From positions 1,857,918 to 1,921,917 of the forward strand of contig OW818687.1 in assembly GCA_942493275.1 (NCBI GenBank): a stretch of 64,000 nucleotides of DNA. The letters are read 5' to 3'. Positions 59,338 to 64,000 of this stretch are shown here, piece after piece; position 1 is the first letter of the stretch, and each line of letters opens with the position of its first letter. The translations under genes were made by a program, and so were the position numbers. The notes below the pieces were generated by a model, which saw only the letters and a list, made by a program, of their open reading frames with translations, made no database searches and was not told the origin of the DNA. The DNA comes from an uncultured Coriobacteriia bacterium. Lineage in GTDB: Bacteria; Actinomycetota; Coriobacteriia; Anaerosomatales; PHET01.

Positions 59338-59367
59338 TTGACATGTGACCTGTATCACAACTATGGT
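59338..59367 (+). promoter_or_regulatory. Sigma-70-type promoter candidate (TTGACA - 18 nt - TATGGT)
   Basis: Perfect -35 hexamer at 59338-59343 and a -10-like TATGGT at 59362-59367, about 85 nt upstream of the ATG at 59451. Confidence 0.5.
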
Positions 59368-59450
59368 TCGTGTAAGTCCTTTCAGGCGAGGGCCCGTTCG
59401 TCGCACCAGTCGCAGCTTAGTCGCAGAAGCATTTGCATCAGGGGGCACCA

Positions 59451-60119
59451 ATGGAACAGGACGTTACTCGTGTCCGCGTCGAGGACATCGAGGCCACGTT
59501 GGGCGAGGTCGGGGAGATCAAAGCCGCCCGAGTCGTGGTCGACGCCGATGAGCGAATCCAAGAGATTCACGTTCTTGCGCTGCCCACCAAGCCGCCGAAG
59601 CAGTTAGTTCGCGACATCGAGTCCGCTTTGATGGCGCGCTTCGGAATCCCGATCGATCACCGCAAGATATCCATTGCCCAGCTCGGCCGTGACGTCGACG
59701 AGATTGCTGTCTCGGCGACCGCAACGCCCGTGGTGCGCCCCCGAATCGTCGCGATCAACGCATCTGTGTCTGGAGTGCAAGCGGCAGCGTCAGTGACGCT
59801 CGAGATCGGGGGTTCTGAGTACATCGGCACGGCATCCGGTCCGGCCAGTCAGTCAGGGCGCTCTCGGCAGGTCGCGCTTGCGACCCTTGATGCGGCCGCG
59901 CAGTACCTGGGTGGTGCGGAGACCTTCGCGCTCGAAGATGTGACGATCGCTCAGCTCGGCCGAGAGCGTGTGGCCGTGTCGTGCGTGACGCTCGTCTCGG
60001 CGTTTGGGGAGCAGGCGTTTACCGGCTCCGCACTCGTCAGGCAGACCGAAAACGACTCCATCGTGAGGGCGACCCTCGACGCGATCAACCGTCGAATCGG
60101 CCTCCTGAAAACAGAATAG
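59451..60119 (+). CDS. Hypothetical cytoplasmic protein (222 aa), family not recognised
   Basis: The ORF-track start is the TTG at 59433; the ATG at 59451 follows GGGGG. No TM helix or signal peptide. The C-terminal half has two units of the type G.A.G......R..ALATLDA... (a dsRBD/ACT-like pattern; weak). Confidence 0.55.
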   Translation: MEQDVTRVRVEDIEATLGEVGEIKAARVVVDADERIQEIHVLALPTKPPKQLVRDIESALMARFGIPIDHRKISIAQLGRDVDEIAVSATATPVVRPRIVAINASVSGVQAAASVTLEIGGSEYIGTASGPASQSGRSRQVALATLDAAAQYLGGAETFALEDVTIAQLGRERVAVSCVTLVSAFGEQAFTGSALVRQTENDSIVRATLDAINRRIGLLKTE

Positions 60120-60256
60120 ATCCATCATGGTTTGGACCGGCGCCGTGTACAGCAGGGCGAACACTGTCAGCCATTCAATGAGCGGAGCGGACAGCGTTCT
60201 TCCATCACGAGCGGGATGGGAGGAGACCACATCACTTGTGATAAGGGGGTCTTCTC

Positions 60257-60334
60257 ATGAAGCGAATCATTCTGCTTGTTGGTTCACTGTCGGCGCTTAT
60301 TCTGTCCGGCGGCGCGTTTCTGCAGGTCCGCTAG
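60257..60334 (+). CDS. Candidate 25-codon small membrane peptide MKRIILLVGSLSALILSGGAFLQVR
   Basis: AAGGGGG lies 7 nt before the ATG. A single hydrophobic helix flanked by basic residues. Below the ORF-track size cutoff, 47 nt upstream of the HD-GYP gene. Confidence 0.35.
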   Translation: MKRIILLVGSLSALILSGGAFLQVR

Positions 60335-60380
60335 ACGCACGTGCGTCGGTCCCTGCCAATCGAAGGGGCGAGGAGGCGGC

Positions 60381-61721
60381 ATGAGTGAAGAAGTCGTTCC
60401 TCGCCCCTTTCGGTTGATGGCGCTCGTCCTGATTGCGACTGTCGTAGGAATGGCCTACTCCACCTCCGGCAGGATGGGTATCGGCGAACTCGGCCTGCTT
60501 CTGTTTATCGCTGCGCTGGCCTGGCTGTCGGAGAACTTCGCGCCAGTGCTCGGCGGTTACAGTGCATCCCTTGCTCTGCCGCTTACAATGGCGGCTTTGC
60601 TGCTGTATGGGCCGCTTGGAGCGGCCCTTGTTGCGGCTGTGTCGGCCCTGAAGACGGAGGCCGTTCGCCATTCCAGGGCATTCTGGACGAGCTGCTACAA
60701 CCTAGGGCAGTTGGTGCTCGCCGCTTTGGTTTCTGGCTGGCTCTACAGCGTGCTGGGAGGACGCTTCTTGTCCGCGGGAGGAATGGGCGCTGTCCCTCTC
60801 GGCGGCCATGACTTCCCTAGGGTGCTTCTGCCGCTGATGGTCGCGGCTGTCGCTTGTGCCGGTCTGAATGTCGTCATGACCGCGCTAGGCGTGAGCGTGC
60901 TCAATTCGGCGGCCTTTGTCGACGTTATTCGATCCGCGAGCACGTACCTGCCCTCACTGCTCGCCCTGGCCGCTGTGGGTTACCTCGTGGCGCAAGTGAT
61001 GGCAATCGAGGCATTGGGACTCGTACTCTTCGTCTTCCCCCTATTCGTCGCCGGTCAGCTTTACCAGAGATTCGTTGCACTACGGGACGCCTACACCAAT
61101 ACCATTCGCACCTTTGTGCATGCGCTTGAGGCGAAGGATGGCTACACGTCGGGTCACTCCGAGAGGGTGTCACGTTACGCCGTGATGATTGCCCGTTCGC
61201 GAGAGATGGATGCGAAGACAATCGAGCTGGTTGAGCATGCGGCCCTGCTGCATGACCTTGGCAAACTCGGCCTGCCGATCAGCGTACTCGTGAAGCAGGG
61301 GACGCTGACTTCGGAAGAGTGGGCCCTGGTCCGGGAGCATCCAGTGAATGGCGCACGAATGGTTGGCCGTATTCCGCCGTTGGCGGGTTTGGCGGAGGCG
61401 GTCGCACAGCACCATGAGAGGCTCGACGGCACAGGTTATCCATCTGGGCTTCGGGGTGACACAATCAACGTCGTTGCACGCATACTTGCGGTCGCCGATG
61501 CTTACGACGCGATGACTTCGTCTCGACCCTATCGAAGTGCGTTGACTCCGAGCGAGGCTCGCGAGGAATTGCGGAAGTGCTCGCTCACCCAGTTCGACAG
61601 CACGATCGTCGGGAGTCTGGAACAGGCGCTCTTCGAGGACGATCTCTCGATGTCGTTGGAGCTGAGCGCGTCCAAGTCAGTCGCGCGCTCGGGATCGACA
61701 GCAGAGGCGGGCGGCCAATGA
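60381..61721 (+). CDS. Membrane-bound HD-GYP domain protein (c-di-GMP phosphodiesterase family)
   Basis: GAGGAGG lies before the ATG at 60381. About 7 N-terminal TM helices. Contains HSERVSRYA...LLHDLGKL...HHERLDGTGYPSGL. Confidence 0.88.
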   Translation: MSEEVVPRPFRLMALVLIATVVGMAYSTSGRMGIGELGLLLFIAALAWLSENFAPVLGGYSASLALPLTMAALLLYGPLGAALVAAVSALKTEAVRHSRAFWTSCYNLGQLVLAALVSGWLYSVLGGRFLSAGGMGAVPLGGHDFPRVLLPLMVAAVACAGLNVVMTALGVSVLNSAAFVDVIRSASTYLPSLLALAAVGYLVAQVMAIEALGLVLFVFPLFVAGQLYQRFVALRDAYTNTIRTFVHALEAKDGYTSGHSERVSRYAVMIARSREMDAKTIELVEHAALLHDLGKLGLPISVLVKQGTLTSEEWALVREHPVNGARMVGRIPPLAGLAEAVAQHHERLDGTGYPSGLRGDTINVVARILAVADAYDAMTSSRPYRSALTPSEAREELRKCSLTQFDSTIVGSLEQALFEDDLSMSLELSASKSVARSGSTAEAGGQ

Positions 61722-62794
61722 CAGCCGGGCTCATAGCGGCAGCAGCCTGCATTCTGGTACTCGACGTAACCGACTTGCGTCGCTCAAGTGTGACCATTGT
61801 GTCCGCCGGTGGTGCAATGGTGGCCGTATGCATAGTGGTACACGGCCCTCTCGCAGCGCTACTGGTGGGCCTTCTTTCCTTGGCGACAATATGGGCCCTG
61901 GCTTCGCGTCAAGTTCGCCCCCCAGATGTCGCACTGGCGCTTCTCGTTCGCGGCTGTGCTGTCGCCGCAGGTGCGACAGCAATGCGACTCGCCGACATGG
62001 CTGCAGGCTCCGGCCCCTTCATCGTTGCCCTCACCGTACCTGCGACTTATCTCCTGGTTGAGCAAGGGATGCTGAAGCTGCACGGCCGTGAGGGGGTGTT
62101 TCGACGACGAATTCCTGCCCTCTTTGATCCACCCGAGCCAGCGGAGGTTTCAGTGCTGTTGGCGCAGTCCTCTGCGGCGGCACTTGCACTGATCACCTAT
62201 GACGTGATGGACGCGTGGGCCTTGCTTCCGGTTCTGGCGCTACTGATCCTAATCGGGCAGTCAAACGGCAAACTCGGGGAGGTGCGAGAGGCATACTCGT
62301 CGACTGTGGCCGTCTTGGTCGAAGCGGCCGAATCTCAGACTCCGCGGTTGGTGGGTCACGGGGGGAGAGTCGCAGAAATTGCAGGACGGGTGGGTTATGC
62401 CTGCGGGATGTCACGCGGACAAGTCGAGCGCGTCGAACTCGCCGGCATGCTTCATGACATTGGGTGCATAGGCCTGTCTGAGCAGCCCGAATCCCTAGAC
62501 GATGCCACGGGGTCGTCTGCTCGCATAGTCGAAGACATAGGCTACCTTGAGGCTGTTCTGCCGATCCTTGAAGTCATCGACGGCCTTGATGGGGCGCATG
62601 CCACCGATGATGTGGTCCTTGCAGCATATGTTGTGTCACTGGCCTCGGACATCGACGAGATGGCGTCCCCCGGAGGGGACGTGCTGATACACAGTCGCGC
62701 CGCGTCAGTCGGTTCGCTCGTGCCGTCTCGCGACAAGGCACGAGTGGCAGGGGCCGCGATTGCCCTCGGCTACGCCGTTCCGGCGATCGCGTGA
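61718..62794 (+). CDS. Membrane protein with a degenerate HD-GYP-like domain (HD kept, GYP lost)
   Basis: ATGA overlap with the upstream gene. N-terminal TM helices. Contains GHGGRVAEIAGRVG...MLHDIGCIGL but no HHExxDGxGYP block. Confidence 0.7.
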   Translation: MTAGLIAAAACILVLDVTDLRRSSVTIVSAGGAMVAVCIVVHGPLAALLVGLLSLATIWALASRQVRPPDVALALLVRGCAVAAGATAMRLADMAAGSGPFIVALTVPATYLLVEQGMLKLHGREGVFRRRIPALFDPPEPAEVSVLLAQSSAAALALITYDVMDAWALLPVLALLILIGQSNGKLGEVREAYSSTVAVLVEAAESQTPRLVGHGGRVAEIAGRVGYACGMSRGQVERVELAGMLHDIGCIGLSEQPESLDDATGSSARIVEDIGYLEAVLPILEVIDGLDGAHATDDVVLAAYVVSLASDIDEMASPGGDVLIHSRAASVGSLVPSRDKARVAGAAIALGYAVPAIA

Positions 62795-63330
62795 TGGCAG
62801 CGGCCGCGATTCTCCTGTTCCTCGCGCTCTCAGCGGCTGCGGGAGGCAGGTGGGAACGACTTCAGGACGTATCCCTAGGTCGAGCCGAGTACCTGGTTGT
62901 CGTGTTGTGGCTCGCCCAGTCGGGTCTGAGGTTTGGGTTCGGGCCGATACAGACGGTAGTACCGATTGCCTGGGCGGCGGTCTCCTGTGGTCTGGGCATA
63001 GCGCTCTACATGTTTCGGAGTCGCCCCGGGTTTGGGTTGCTTGCAATGGGAGTCGCGGCGAACTCGTTCGTGGTGGCCCTGAACGGAGGCATGCCCGTTC
63101 TCGCGAGTCGATCACCACTGGGGGAGACGTTAGTCATGACGGCGGTCGAGTCCAATGGCTTCTATCATCTGACGGGCTCAACCACGCTGTGTCCCTGGCT
63201 GGGGGACGTCCTCCCGACGCCGGCGGGAAGCATGGCAAGCGCTGGCGATCTGTTGATGCTTCTTGGTGTCGGCGTGTTTCTGGCCGGTTCGATGATTCAT
63301 TCGCGCGAGACTTCCCCCCTTGATGCCTAG
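62791..63330 (+). CDS. DUF5317-like integral membrane protein
   Basis: Overlaps the upstream stop. About 5 TM helices. LNGGMPV and SAGDLLMLLG blocks resemble my recollection of the DUF5317 family. Confidence 0.6.
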   Translation: MMAAAAILLFLALSAAAGGRWERLQDVSLGRAEYLVVVLWLAQSGLRFGFGPIQTVVPIAWAAVSCGLGIALYMFRSRPGFGLLAMGVAANSFVVALNGGMPVLASRSPLGETLVMTAVESNGFYHLTGSTTLCPWLGDVLPTPAGSMASAGDLLMLLGVGVFLAGSMIHSRETSPLDA

Positions 63331-63343
63331 CCGCTCGTAGCGC

Positions 63344-63349
63344 TAGAAT
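63344..63349 (+). promoter_or_regulatory. -10 candidate TAGAAT (third copy of GCTAGAAT)
   Basis: 48 nt upstream of the ATG at 63397. Confidence 0.35.
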
Positions 63350-63396
63350 CACTGCGACTCGGTGCCCCTCACCGCTGGGTCATAGAGAGGAAGACC

Positions 63397-64000
63397 ATGG
63401 TGTCCGCCCCTGAGCGCGGAGATCTTCGTGAGGAATCTGCGATCTCACTCCGCCCGAGGTTTTTTCGCATGCACAACATGCGATCCCATGTCCTACTGGT
63501 CGCCCCGCCGGGATGGGGGAAGTCGACAGTGCTGCGTCAACTCGCCGGTTCTCGAGTACCCACGATCAGCGTTGAGTGGGACGAAATGGCGAGCACGCAC
63601 CTCCAGCGAGAGATTGCCAAACTCGCGGATACTGGACCACCACTTCAATCCGGCGACAGACAGCGCTGGCGCGGCGTTGCAGTCGTAGACGGAGCGCTTC
63701 CTCAGGACGGGTTCGCTGCGAGACTGCATGAGTGCTGCCGCGTCGCCACTCTCGGGGGACTGCAGCTTGTGGTCGCCGTCGACGGGCACTCGGATGACAG
63801 ACTGGTCATCGACGAACACTGCGTATTGCTTGCTGAGAGTGAACTTGCGTTCTCGCGCCTCGAGGTCGAGTCATACTATGAGTCCGCCTTGGGGCCCCAT
63901 GACGAGCTGAGTCACATGGCAGAAGAGGGCTTCAGGCTCAGTTCCGGACACCCCGAGTTACTCACGCGCATTTTGAGAAGCCATGCGGCGTGCCTGCTGG
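63397..64000 (+). CDS. N-terminal part of a P-loop NTPase, probably a large ATP-dependent (MalT/LAL-type) regulator. It runs off the window end and is not in the supplied ORF track.
   Basis: Hand translation from the ATG at 63397 (after AGAGAGGAAG) gives 201 codons with no stop. Walker A LLVAPPGWGKST and a Walker B-like LQLVVAVDG. Confidence 0.6.
   Translation, partial: MVSAPERGDLREESAISLRPRFFRMHNMRSHVLLVAPPGWGKSTVLRQLAGSRVPTISVEWDEMASTHLQREIAKLADTGPPLQSGDRQRWRGVAVVDGALPQDGFAARLHECCRVATLGGLQLVVAVDGHSDDRLVIDEHCVLLAESELAFSRLEVESYYESALGPHDELSHMAEEGFRLSSGHPELLTRILRSHAACLL

Overview
High-GC, densely coding Gram-positive chromosomal segment. The order wecA-like, atpI-like, atpBEFHAGDC, murA matches what I recall from Mycobacterium, so the source is probably Actinomycetota, but the taxon cannot be fixed from sequence alone. 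I saw no rRNA, tRNA, CRISPR array, transposase or integrase. Layout: (1) 1-9.4 kb holds the tail of a polyprenyl-P HexNAc-1-P transferase, a complete F1Fo ATP synthase operon, murA and fabZ. (2) 9.5-49.5 kb is a ~40 kb cell-envelope glycopolymer supercluster. It starts with a five-gene WbpA/B/D/E/I-type pathway for UDP-2,3-diacetamido-2,3-dideoxy-mannuronic acid, an LCP ligase, a GT4 and Ugd. Next comes an island of seven secreted proteins, each with three tandem CWB2 (cell wall binding repeat 2) modules fused to a different head: six transthyretin-like repeats, L,D-transpeptidase, sugar-dehydrogenase-type beta-propeller, Amidase_3, SpoIID/LytB, PKD, and BNR propeller. It ends with a Wzx/Wzy/Wzz-type locus carrying five GT4 genes and a bi-domain oxidoreductase, whose minus-strand gene string runs straight into two of the CWB2 genes. 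(3) 49.5-59.3 kb holds PNP-ahcY-mtnA, an AEC transporter, comFC, an amino-acid ABC transporter with two binding proteins (the first behind a 312-nt non-coding, apparently structured leader), and hpf. (4) 59.4-64 kb holds an orphan 222-aa protein, a 25-codon membrane-peptide ORF, an HD-GYP protein, a degenerate HD paralogue, a DUF5317-like membrane protein, and a partial P-loop regulator that is absent from the ORF track. Main hypothesis: the supercluster encodes an anionic secondary cell wall polymer, its ligase, and a CWB2-anchored surface enzyme set, an arrangement known from Clostridioides difficile but seen here in a high-GC lineage with a different predicted polymer chemistry. All family calls rest on motifs read by eye. 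Start codons were refined from Shine-Dalgarno spacing and signal peptides and are approximate.
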